From an uncultured Solirubrobacteraceae bacterium (GTDB taxonomy: Bacteria; Actinomycetota; Thermoleophilia; Solirubrobacterales; Solirubrobacteraceae): a stretch of 64,000 nt of DNA. This document shows positions 43,077 through 52,710 of this stretch, in pieces. Position 1 is the stretch's first letter, and each line of letters begins with the position of its first letter. A model generated the notes under the pieces. The model was not told where the DNA came from, ran no database searches, and saw only the letters and a list, made by a program, of their open reading frames with translations. Position numbers and translations under genes: made by a program. Location: assembly GCA_963843485.1 (NCBI GenBank), contig CAWJKK010000015.1:213128-277127 (forward strand), in the 5' to 3' direction.

Positions 43077-44713
43077 CGCGGCCGGGCGAGTCCGTCGAGG
43101 GCATCAGCGTCCCGCGCGGCAGCCCCGGCGCGCTGCGCGGCGCCTCCTCCCAGCTGCAGGGCGTCGGAGCGCAGCTCAGCGCGTACTCGAGCCAGATCGC
43201 CGGCCTGCCCTCGCTGATGCAGAGCTGGGCCGGCCCCGGCAGCTCGGTCTTCGCACAGCTCACCGGCCAGGAGTCGACGTCGATGGACGCGACGGCGAGC
43301 CAGGTCACGTTCGCGGCCATCAGCGTCGGCAACGCGGCCGAGGCGCTCGCGGACGCGCAGCGCAAGGCGCGCCGGGCGATCGCGCGGGCCGAGCGTGCCC
43401 GCGACGGAGATCGACCAGGCGCGCGAGGCGATCCGCGAGGCGAAGGAGGCGCAGGAGACGGCGCGCGGGCGGATGGTCTTGGCCGCGGCCGCACGCGAGG
43501 CGGCCGAGGTGCAGATGCTGGCGGCGGTGGTCGACATGGTCGCCGGCGACGGCGCGGCCGCGGCGGCGCGCGACGCGGCCGACCGCGGAGTACCGCGACG
43601 CCGAGCGCGACCTGCAGGAGGCCGAGCGGCGCGAGCGGCGCGCGCGCGACCGGCTCGACGAGGCCGAGGACGACATGCGGCGGGCGCGCGCGGACGGGCG
43701 CGAGGCGGCGCAGGACGCGGAGCTGACCGCCAGCGGCCTGCAGATGACGATGTCGACGCTCCCGGCGGCGGCGTTCGCGATGCCGGGCGCGCCGGCGCGC
43801 GAGCACATCGCGGCCGCCGGCGGCATCCCGCGCACGCAGCCGCGCGACGTGCCGCTCTCCGAGCGCGAGCCGCCGGAGAGCTGGCCCGGGTTCATGAAGG
43901 AGTGGTACAAGGTCGGCCGCGGCGGGGCGACCGCGATCGACGGGGTCGATCGGCCTCGGCGAGAAGGCGGTCGAGAACCCGGAGCGGATCCCCGGCGCGC
44001 TCGGCGCGCTCGGCCGCAGCGCCTACGACGACCCGATCGGCACCGGCAAGTCGCTGGTCGGCTACGACGAGCTGGCCGCGGGCCGCTACTCGGACTGGCT
44101 CGGCCAGTTCGGCATCGGCGCCCTGGCCGGCGGGGCGGGAACCGTGCCCGCGCGGGCCTCGCGGATGAACCGCGTGGTCGGCAGCCCGCGCGTCCAGCCG
44201 CTCGGGCGCAAGCCGATGCCGGACAACGCGGGCAAGTTCGCCGGCCGCCGGTTCGACTTCGGCCGCGACGGCTTCGGGGCGCGGCCCGGCTACTCGGCGC
44301 CGGCGCTCTCCGCCGCCGAGCGCTCGTACCTCGCCGAGCGCTACCCGCGCGGCGTGCGCTTCACCCGTGCCGGCTACCCGGTGTTCACGCCGTACGCCGC
44401 CGAGCGCGTGGTCGTCCCTGACCTCGACGGCACCGCCGACGACTTCGAGCGGGCGAACGAGGCCGCCGGTCTGCCGGCCAAGCCGAAGGGCTACACGTGG
44501 CACCACGTCGAGGACGGGCGGACGATGGAGCTCGTCGAGACGCGCCTGCACCGGGCGGTGCGCCACACCGGCGGCGCCGCGGGCCTGCCCGAGACGAGGG
44601 GCACGATCGCGCCCGGAGGCGCGTTCACGCCGTTCGAGCGCGGCGCCGCGCAGGGCGGCGGCGCGGCGGGCTTCCTGGCCGCGCCGATCGGCGCCGAGGC
44701 GAGCGCGCCGTGA
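43073..44713 (+). CDS. polymorphic toxin: N-terminal WXG-type domain, coiled-coil linker, C-terminal WHH-type HNH/EndoVII nuclease (about 3 frame breaks)
   Basis: The N-terminus has LMQSWAGPGSSVF (WxG at 43226-43234). The middle has charged coiled-coil segments (EIDQAREAIREAKEAQE; EYRDAERDLQEAERRERRARDRLDEAEDD). The C-terminus in ORF 44144..44713 reads AGYPVFTPY...DDFERAN...KGYTWHHVEDGRTMELVETRLHRAVRHTGG (WHH at 44498-44506). Confidence 0.7.
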
Positions 44714-45235
44714 TCGAGCTGGACGAGCCGAGGCCTCCGGCGACCGCGGAGGACGTCGCCGACGCCGAGCGCGCACTGGCCGAGTTCGGCCATACGCTGC
44801 CGGCCGGCTATCGCGCGTTCCTCGCCGAGCACGACGGCGGGCGCCCGGTCAGGACCGTGTTCGCCTACGAGCAGGACAACGAGACCAAGGAGAGCGTCGT
44901 CGACGCCTTCCTCGGCGTGGCGCCGGTGGAGTCGCCCGGGCTGAACCTGCAGTCGACCGTCGGCATCCTCGGCGAGCGCATGCTCCCCGGCGTGGTCCCG
45001 ATCGCCGACGACCCGTTCGGCAACCTCGTCTGCATCGACACCCGCGAGGCCGACGACGGCCCGATCGTCTTCTGGGACCACGAGTACGAGGGCGACCCGC
45101 CCGACGCGGCGAACCTCTACCCGATCGCGCCCGACCTGGAGCGCTTCCTGGCTTCGCTGCGCAAGCGCGAGCCGCTGCCGCCGCGGGAGCCGAGCCGAGC
45201 CGCGCGGGCTCAAGCGCCTGTTCGGCCGCCGGTGA
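44710..45235 (+). CDS. SMI1/KNR4 (SUKH-1) family immunity protein (frame break near 45190)
   Basis: GTG at 44710 (GTGA overlap with the toxin stop). Contains DVADAERALAEFGHTLPAGYRAFLAEHDGG...IADDPFGNLVCID...IVFWDHE. The inferred tail GLKRLFGRR ends at TGA 45233-45235. Confidence 0.7.
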
Positions 45236-45650
45236 TCGACCTCGACCTGCGCGGGCTGCTGGAGCTGCGCGCCGAGCTCGAGAGCGGCGCGCTGTTCGGC
45301 CCGGCGCAGGGAGCGCCGCCGTACGACCCGGAGCTGCCGCCGCTGCTCACGGTCGCGTGGCTCGAAGAGCCGCCGGGAGCACGCTCGAGGACGTCGTCGG
45401 CGAGGAGCTGGCCCGCGGCGGCCCGGCGACGCTGCTGATCGACCGCGAGACCGTGCGGCTCGGCGACGCCGACGCGGTGCGCACGTTCACCCTGCACCGC
45501 GGGCCGCTGGGGCAGGCGACGGCGAGCGAGCAGTGGCGCGCGCTGGCCGGCGGGCGCCGCTGGACGGTCTCCGCCCTGACCGCGCTGCACGACCAGCCGC
45601 AATGGGGCCCGCGGCTGGCCGCGATCGCCGGCGGCCTGCGCCCGCGATGA
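45232..45650 (+). CDS. hypothetical protein translationally coupled to the immunity gene (frame break near 45375)
   Basis: GTG at 45232 (GTGA overlap) with high GC3. VIDLDLRGLLELRAELESGALFG... continues in the frame of ORF 44367..45650. No recognisable domain. Confidence 0.45.
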
Positions 45651-46276
45651 GCGCGCTGATGTTCGACGAGGCGACCGGCGAGGTCAGCGGGCCGGCCGCC
45701 GAGGTCGACGCGCTGATCGACGGCGGGGCGGCCGGCGTCCCGTGGCTGGCTGCCGCAGCCGCGGCGGCGCGGGCGCCGCGGCTGGTCGTGACGCTGCTCG
45801 GCGAGGTCCCGCCGCTGCGGATCGCCGGCGACGCCGCGCACTGCCTCGTCACGACCGACCTGCCGGGCGGCCGCCGCACCGCGCTCGCGATCGCGGCCGG
45901 CGACGTCGCGGTCGTGATCGCCGCGCGCGTCGGTCTCGAGCCGCGCCCGCGGCCGTCCGAGCCCGCGATCCGGCTCGCGCCCGGCGCGATGGCGACGCTG
46001 ATCGGCCACCGGCGGGCGCACGGCCACGGCCTCGAGCCGGGAGTCGCGGCCTCCCTCCAGCGCAGGCTCGACCACGGCGTGCGCCACTGGACGGTGCGGA
46101 TCGCGCGCGGCGAGGCGCGGCGGAACCTCGAGGTCGTCGACGGGCCGGGCGGGATCTGGCGAGTGCGCCCGGTAGGAGAGCTCGTCGAGCTCTCCCCGTC
46201 CGCCGGCACCGAGGTGCTGCGCGAGCTGGTCGCGCTGGTGGGTGACAGGGAAGCGGCACGGCCCACGGCCCCATGA
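45647..46276 (+). CDS. hypothetical protein, 209 aa (weak EspG-like impression only)
   Basis: ATG at 45647 (ATGA overlap) lies within ORF 45533..46276. Intact, with high GC3. Segments ...AARVGLEPRPRP... and ...LEVVDGPGGIWRVRP..ELVELSPSAGTEVLRELVALV recall T7SS EspG chaperones from memory only. Confidence 0.5.
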   Translation: MSALMFDEATGEVSGPAAEVDALIDGGAAGVPWLAAAAAAARAPRLVVTLLGEVPPLRIAGDAAHCLVTTDLPGGRRTALAIAAGDVAVVIAARVGLEPRPRPSEPAIRLAPGAMATLIGHRRAHGHGLEPGVAASLQRRLDHGVRHWTVRIARGEARRNLEVVDGPGGIWRVRPVGELVELSPSAGTEVLRELVALVGDREAARPTAP

Positions 46277-46294
46277 TGCGGGCCGGCCGCTTCC

Positions 46295-47494
46295 CTATCG
46301 GACTGAGCGGAATCCGCTCAGCGGCTTGTTCCCCGCTCCCTTCAACGCGGCGCGGGCACCGAACTGGCGGTCGATCCACGCGATCCTGCGCTTGAGCCAT
46401 CCGCGCAGGAAGCGCATCTCGGCGCGGTGGCTGCCGCGCGCCACCGGGTTCGGCCAGATCTCGCGGTCCAGGATCGGCCAGCGCGGAAGTTGGCGACGAC
46501 CGCGCCGCGTCAGCTCGCGCTCGGCGCGAGCGACGGTCGCGAGCACGTCGCGCCGCAGCCCGGCGCGGCGCAGCGCGCGCCAGCGCTGCGCGTAGCGGCG
46601 CGTGAAGCGGCGATCGCGAACAGCCGCTCGGCCCAGTCGCGCTGCTGCGAGCATCCAGCCGCGCGAGGCGGCGGCTCGGCCCGTAGTCCGAGTTGCCCAT
46701 CGAGATGTCGAAGTCCCAGATCGGGCCGAGGCGCAGCTTCCCGTCGCCGTGCAGCGCCATGTACGTGCTGGCGTGGAAGCCGTCCTCGTTCTTGAACAGC
46801 TCGTTGAGCAGCACGAAGTCGACCGCCGAGCGCCTCGTCGATCCAGCGCCGCCAGCTGCCCGGCCCGTAGAGCGCGCGCTCGGCGGCGCGGACCGGCCGC
46901 GCCAGCCGCTCGGCGCGGGCCGCGCGAGAGGTCGCCGCGCTCCGGGTCCTCCCAGACGATCGGCCGCCGCTTGACCGGGGTGCGGAACGACGGCGTCCTT
47001 CGACTGCGCCTGGAACGGGAAGGTGAACTCGTACAGCGCCTCGCCCTGCACCCGGTCGTCGCCGAGCTCGAGCTGCTCCATCAGCACGTAGACGCCGTGG
47101 TGGCGCCCGTTCAGGCGCAGTTCACGAACCGCGTCCGCGCGGCGAAGCGGCCGATCGCGCGCGCCGTCCGGTACGCGACGACGTTGCGCATCAGCGTCTT
47201 GTCGTTGTACGGCGCGTAGAGCACCCAGTCGTCGTCCTCGGGCAGGCCGAGCAGCGCGGTGTCGTCGGCCAGCTCGAGCGCGTACGACTTCTTCGGGAAC
47301 ATCTGCGAGGACTGGCCGCGGGTCTCGATCTCGATCCGGCCGCGGTAGCCGGGCATCCGCAGCTGCGCGCCGATCTTCGGCTCGTTCGGGATCTCGCGCG
47401 CAGCGTCGATCCGGACGACCGGCAGGTCGGCGGAAGCGGCGGCCGGCGCGAGCAGGCCCGCGGCCGCGGCCAGGATGGGGATGATCCAGCGCAT
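46295..47494 (-). CDS. CotH kinase family protein, secreted (paralog 1; several frame breaks)
   Basis: Signal peptide MRWIIPILAAAAGLLAPAAASA. Contains FPKKSYALEL, DDDWVLYAPYNDKTLMRN, NGRHHGVYVLMEQLE, LNELFKNEDGFHASTYM, GPIWDFDISMGNS and C-terminal RFLRGWLKRRIAWID. Confidence 0.75.
46303..46321. terminator. hairpin CTGAGCGG-aat-CCGCTCAG between convergent genes (overlaps the last codons of the CotH gene)
   Basis: A perfect 8-bp stem, read directly. Confidence 0.4.
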
Positions 47495-47520
47495 CGCTGC
47501 GCAGACCGTACGCCCGCGCC

Positions 47521-47558
47521 ATGAGACGCACTCTCATGCGCGATGAGAGACCGCTCAT
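47521..47558. promoter_or_regulatory. phased pentamer array, site 1: ATGAG(47521) CTCAT(47533) ATGAG(47543) CTCAT(47554); contains CGATGAG-N6-CTCATCG
   Basis: Read directly. It lies in the divergent region between CotH paralog 1 and the membrane-protein/HK/RR unit. See findings. Confidence 0.5.
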
Positions 47559-47589
47559 CGGTGGCTCTTAGATTTGCCGTCGACCGCAC

Positions 47590-47963
47590 ATGGCCATCCA
47601 GCGCATCCTCCTGGCGCTCGCCGCGATCTCCGCGCTCGCGCTCGTGTTCCTGCTTCCGCGCATCTTCGAGGAGACCGACGAGGCCGGCGTGCCGCCGGTC
47701 GAGCTGCGCGCGGCGCTTCGCGCCCGACCGAGCAGGGCGACCGGCCCGAGCGCACGCGACGCAGGCGCAGCGCCGGCGGGCGGAGCGACGCCGGGCGCCG
47801 AGCGGCGGCCGGCGCGCAGCCGCGACCGCGCGGCCGGCGCCGCGCCGGCCGGCGGCCACGCCCGCGCCGCCGCGCCGCCCGCACCGGCGCCCGCACCCGC
47901 CGCCGCCGCCGCCCGCCGCCGGCCGACGACGACGACGACGATGACGACGACGAGCGGCGATGA
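47590..47963 (+). CDS. small membrane-anchored low-complexity protein (Ala/Pro/Arg-rich, poly-Asp or poly-Thr tail depending on frame)
   Basis: The N-terminal 45 codons (MAIQRILLALAAISALALVFLLPRIFEE...) have a clear TM helix and high GC3. The downstream frame and stop are ambiguous because of the (GAC)n tract at 47925-47975. Confidence 0.4.
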
Positions 47964-49414
47964 CGACGACGACGGGCGACGCCCGACGCTAGCGCTGAGC
48001 TGCGCCGCCTGCTGCGCGGCGCGCGCACGCGGATCCTCGCCGCGTTCGTGATCCTGCTCGCGTTCTCGACCCTGCTGTCGGTGCTGGCGATCCGCGCAGC
48101 TGCTGCTCGTGCGCACCGGCGACCGCGTCGACGCGGCGCTGCACCAGGAGGTCGACGAGTTCCGCCCGCTCGTCGCGCGGCAACGACCCGGCAGACGGGC
48201 GAGCGCCTTCCGCGGCCGCCTCAACCGCATCTTCGACGTCTACTTCGAGCGCAACGTGCCCGGCGGCGGGCGAGACGCTGATCGCGTTCTTCGGCGCGGC
48301 CGCTAGTACTTCGACGAGTCGGGCGCCACGCGGCGGCGCGCATCCCGGAGGACGCCGCCGGCGCGCTGGGCGACGCTGGCCGAGCCCGAGCGCGGCGACA
48401 TCGAGACGCCGATCGGGACCGTCCGCTACCTCGCGGTGCCCGTCGCGCTTCGGCAACGAGGTGCGCGGCGTGTTCGTGGTCGCCGCCTCGCTCGGCTCCG
48501 AGCGCGACGAGGTCGAGGAGGCCGTGCGGCTGGCCGCGCTCGTGCTGGTCTCGGTGCTGCTGATCGCCTCCGCGCTCGCCTGGGTCGTCGCCGGCCGCGT
48601 GCTCGCGCCGCTGCGGCTGCTGGCCGACACCGCGCGCTCGATCGGCGAGAGCGACCTCACGCGCCGCATCCCGGTGACCGGCCAGCGACGAGATCGCCGA
48701 GCTGGCGCACGACGTTCAACGCCATGCTCGACCGGCTCGAGGCCGCGTTCGCGACCCAGCGCGCGTTCGTCAGCGACGCCAGCCACGAGCTGCGCACGCC
48801 GATCACGATCGTCCGCGGCCACCTCGAGCTGCTCGGCGACGACCCGCGACGAGCGGCGCGAGACGATCGCGCTCGTCACCGACGAGCTCGACCGCATGAG
48901 CCGCTTCGTCGACGACCTGCTGCTGCTGGCCAAGGCCGAGCGCGACGACTTCCTGCACGGTCGTCCGAGCTCGAGCTCGGCGCGCTGACCGACGAGCTGT
49001 TCGACAAGGCGGTCGCGCTCGGCCACGCGCGACTGGCGGCTCGAGGCCGCGCGGCGAGGCGCTGCTGGTCGCCGACCGCCAGCGCCTGACGCAGGCGGTC
49101 ATGGGCCTGGCCCAGAACGCCGTGCAGCACACGGCGGACGGCGACCCGATCTGGATCGGCACCGAGGCCGACCACCGCGAGGCGCGCCTGTGGGTGCGCG
49201 ACACCGGGCCCGGCATCGCGCCCGACGACCAGGAGCGGATCTTCGAGCGCTTCGCGCGCGCGAGCGCCAGCCGCCGGCGGTCGGAGGGCGCCGGGCTCGG
49301 CCTGGCGATCGTCCGCGCGATCGCCGAGGCGCACGGCGGCCGCGTGCGGCGCTCTCGAGCCGGCCCGGCGCCGGCGCCACGTTCACCTTGATCATCCCGT
49401 TGGAGGGCATCATG
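47941..49414 (+). CDS. sensor histidine kinase (TM-HAMP-HisKA-HATPase; several frame breaks; both boundaries uncertain)
   Basis: Contains [21 protein letters not shown] (TM1), the HAMP segment [40 protein letters not shown], the H-box [14 protein letters not shown], the N-box AQNAVQHT, G1 [12 protein letters not shown] and G2 GAGLGLAIV. As given, the frame runs into the RR start without a stop. Confidence 0.7.
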
Positions 49415-50079
49415 AGCCGGATCCTGATCGCCGAGGACGAGCCGCGCCTGTCGAGCTTCCTGGAGAAGGGCCTGCGGGCGGCCGGCTACAGCACGACCGT
49501 CGTGCGACGACGGCGTCGCGCGCGGCGACGCTGGCGCGCGACGCCGAGTTCGACCTGCTGATCCTCGACATCGGGCTGCCGGGCCAGGACGGCTTCGCGG
49601 TCCTGCGGACGATCCGCGGCGCGCGGCGAGAAGCTGCCGGTGCTGATCCTGACGGCGCGCGACGAGGTCGTCGACACGGTCACCGGTCTCGACAGCGGCG
49701 CCGACGACTACGTGACCAAGCCGTTCGTGTTCGAGGAGCTGCTGGCCCGGGTGCGCGCGCGACTGCGAGCACCGCGAGGCAGGGCGACTCGGCCCTCGAG
49801 CTGACCGGCGGCGGCGTCCGGCTCGACGTGCGCACGCGCCGCGCCGAGGTCGACGGCGACGAGGTCGAGCTGACCGCGAAGGAGTTCACGCTGCTGGAGA
49901 CGTTCCTGCGCCACCCCGGCCAGGTGCTCAGCCGCGAGCAGCTGCTCTCGCACGTCTGGGGCTACGACTTCGACCCCGGCTCGAACGTCGTCGACGTGTA
50001 CGTCGGCTACCTGCGCCGCAAGCTCGGCTCCGAGCGGTTCGAGACCGTGCGCGGGATGGGCTACCGGCTCAAGCCTTGA
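49412..50079 (+). CDS. OmpR/PhoB-family response regulator (about 3 frame breaks)
   Basis: Contains [34 protein letters not shown] and the winged helix [26 protein letters not shown]...[10 protein letters not shown]...RGMGYRL (ORF 49828..50079). Confidence 0.8.
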
Positions 50080-51398
50080 GCGCGGGCAGCAGCACCTCGA
50101 CCGTGATGCCGCCGTCGGGCCCGGGCGCGACGGAGCAGCGCCCGCCGAGCGACTCCGCGCGCTCCATCAGGCCGACCGGCAGCGGCCGCGCCGCGTCCCC
50201 GTCGTCGGAGATCCGCAGCCGCACGCCGCCGGCGTCGCGCAGCTCGACCGACACGTGGCGCGCGCCGCCGTGGCGCGCGGCCGCCGCGACGGCCTCGCGC
50301 ACGATCCGCGGCAGCGCCTCGCGCCACGGGCCGGGCACGACCGCGTCCGGGTCGATCGCGACGTCGATGCCCGCACCGAAGGCGACCGCCACCTCCTCCG
50401 CGGTGCGGTCCGAGCGTCACGTGGAACGGCTCGTCGACCGGCCGGGCCAGCGCCGAGATCGCGCCGCGCGTCTCGTCGAGCGCGCGCTCGACCGCCGCGC
50501 GGATCTGCACCGCCGCCTCGCCCTCCGGCGGCGAGCGTGTGCATCTGCGTCGAGATCAGCGCCAGCTCCTGGGCGATGCCGTCGTGCGCGTCGCGCGCCA
50601 CGCGCCGGCGCTCCTCGAACACCTCCGCTCCCGCGTAGGCCTCCTGGTAGCGGCCGATCACGGCGATCGTGCCCACGCCCCAGACGATCGCGACCGCCGC
50701 GTGGAAGAGGTCGCCGACGTAGACGAAGTCCGTGAACGCCGACGGCAGCAGCGCGTAGTTGACGTAGGCGGCGGCGGCGACGATCGCGCCCGCGCCGAGC
50801 CACAGCAGGAAGACGTCGGCCTCGCGGTCGGACCGGCGCGCGAACGCGAGCCGGCGGCGAGGAACAGCGCCGCGGTCACCAGCGCGGCCACGATCAGGCC
50901 CGGCGACTGGCTCAGCCGCTGCAGCTCGGCGGCGGTCTCGGGCTGCTCGGAGAACGCCGGCGGCACGTCGGCGAAGGCGGCGACCGCGACGCACAGCGCG
51001 AGGACCGCGACGCAGGCGGCCGCCGTCAGCGCCAGCGCGCGGCCGGGGTCGCGGAGCCGCCGCTCCGGCGCCAGGGCCGCGCCGGCGAGCAGACCGGCGC
51101 CGAGCACGCCCGCGCTCGTCGACACCCAGGTGGTGACGGGCCCCGACGTCTCCGGCAGCACCGCGGTCAGGACCGCCAGCAGCAGGTTCTCGAACGCGAG
51201 CACGACGACGGCCGCGAGCGCGAGCAGGTCGAGCCGCCGCCGCCCGCGCCGCAGGCGGCCGGTCAGCAGGGCCGCCACGAGGATCAGGACGAGCGCGCAC
51301 GCCGTGTCCTTGCCGACGTGCAGGGCACGGCTCGGGTACGCCGGATCGATCGCGTTCAGGAACAGCGTGAGCGCGAGCCCGGCCAGCACGGTGGCCAC
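50069..51398 (-). CDS. membrane sensor histidine kinase, HisKA_3/NarX-LiaS type (frame breaks)
   Basis: The polytopic N-terminus is in ORF 50658..51398. Contains the H-box [19 protein letters not shown] and the HATPase domain [11 protein letters not shown]...RISDDG...[11 protein letters not shown] (ORF 50069..50392). It is a paralog of 53912..55369. Confidence 0.7.
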
Positions 51399-51649
51399 GA
51401 CGAGGAAGCGCGACGGCGTGATCGGCGGAGGCTAGCCCCCAGCGTGCACGCGGTCCATCCTGCCGTCCTCACGACTGGTACCGGTCCACGGAAGTACGTG
51501 CGGTCGCCGGTGGTCGCCGGCGCCGGCTGACGCCGCACGGTGACCGGAAGCGTGCCGGTGGCACATGACCGGGCACCGGGTGGCGTCAGCCGGTGATCGG
51601 CGGCGCCGGAACCGTGCGCACTGCGGGGGCCGGTACTAGGCTAGGCGCG

Positions 51650-51949
51650 ATGCGCGCGTCAGTGCTCGCCGCCGCCGTCCTCTGCGCCGCCGTCCTCGCC
51701 GCCTGCAGCTCCGGTCAGTCGAACGCGGAGCGGACGGCCCGCGGCGCGGACGCGGTGGCGGCCTGCCAGGACCACGGCGGGGTGGCCGCGTTCGACGACG
51801 ACGCGGTGATCTGCGAGGACGGCACGGCGCGTGACGAGCGCGGCGTGGGAGCGGTCGAGGCCTGCCGCGATCGCGACGGCGTGAGCGCGTTCGACGACGA
51901 CATCGTCATCTGCCGCGACGGCTCGTTCCACGAAGCCGCGGGCGGCTAG
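51650..51949 (+). CDS. lipoprotein with two tandem Cys-containing modules of about 29 aa
   Basis: ATG at 51650 lies within ORF 51593..51949. Lipobox VLAAC-SS. The modules are AVAACQDHGGVAAFDDDAVICEDGT and AVEACRDRDGVSAFDDDIVICRDGS. Confidence 0.6.
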   Translation: MRASVLAAAVLCAAVLAACSSGQSNAERTARGADAVAACQDHGGVAAFDDDAVICEDGTARDERGVGAVEACRDRDGVSAFDDDIVICRDGSFHEAAGG

Positions 51950-51952
51950 CGC

Positions 51953-52629
51953 TCAGTCGTCGTCGTCTTCGCCGGCGTCGTCGGCGTCGTCGTCGCCGCC
52001 GTCGTCAGCGTCATCGTCGTCTCGTCGCTCGTCGAGGAGCAGGAGCAGGAGCAGGAGCAGGAGTCGACGGGGCCGGCGCCGGCGGCGGCGCAGCAGCACG
52101 CTCGTCGTCGTCGTCGCCGGCCCCGTCGTCATCGCCGTCCCCGGCTCCCCGATCCCCCTGATCGAAGTCGTCGTCGTCGTCATCGTCGTCGCTGACCACC
52201 GTGTCACGCGTCGGCGTGCCGCCGGTGTCGGGCGCGGGCGCCGGCGCGCTCGTCTCGCGCTCTGCCGGTCAAGCCGCCGCCACCGCTGCTGGCCTGGCGC
52301 CGCGCCGCCCGCTTGCGGGTGCGGGTGCGGCGCACGGCGCGCTCGCGCGCGGCCGTCGCGGCGGCCTCGGCGCGCTCGATGCGCGCGGCCCGGACCGCGG
52401 CTCGGCGCTTGCCGGCGCGCTCGGAGCGCTGCGTGACGGTCTCGCGTACGGCCTCCGCCTCGTTCAGCGTGCGCGGCCCTTCGTCGAGCTGCACGGCCTT
52501 CGTGTCGCCGTCGCGCGTCGCCGCTCCCGTGAGCACGACCGTGAGGGCCGCGACGGCGAAGCAGGCGAGAATCGTCAGTCCGTAACGCTTCACGGGCCAG
52601 AAGATCCCGGTTGCACCTGAGCGATGCAT
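51953..52629 (-). CDS. membrane-anchored low-complexity protein: TM helix, Arg/Ala-rich basic segment, poly-Asp/PAPAP acidic tail (frame and 3' end ambiguous)
   Basis: ORF 52204..52629 starts MHRSGATGIFWPVKRYGLTILACFAVAALTVVLTG, with GGAG 3 nt upstream of the ATG. The tail pieces [13 protein letters not shown]... and PAPAPAPAP lie in the frames of ORFs 52011..52199 and 51953..52654. Confidence 0.4.
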
Positions 52630-52666
52630 GAGCTCCGGGTGAGAAAGCTCTCATCCGCCCTCATCG
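52628..52666. promoter_or_regulatory. phased pentamer array, site 4: ATGAG(52628) GTGAG(52639) CTCAT(52650) CTCAT(52660)CG
   Basis: Read directly. It lies between the acidic-tail membrane protein gene (start 52629, minus strand) and the response regulator gene at 52711. Confidence 0.5.
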
Positions 52667-52710
52667 CGCCTTCACCGTGCTCTCACGCAGCCGCAGCAAG
52701 ATCGCGGCCG

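Noticed and set aside
49380-49420. Apparent in-frame fusion of the histidine kinase with the OmpR-type response regulator (hybrid kinase)
   Set aside because: The RR begins with a canonical [11 protein letters not shown]-terminus right at the junction. The kinase frame is already disturbed by nearby indels, so a lost stop or frame error is more likely than a true fusion.
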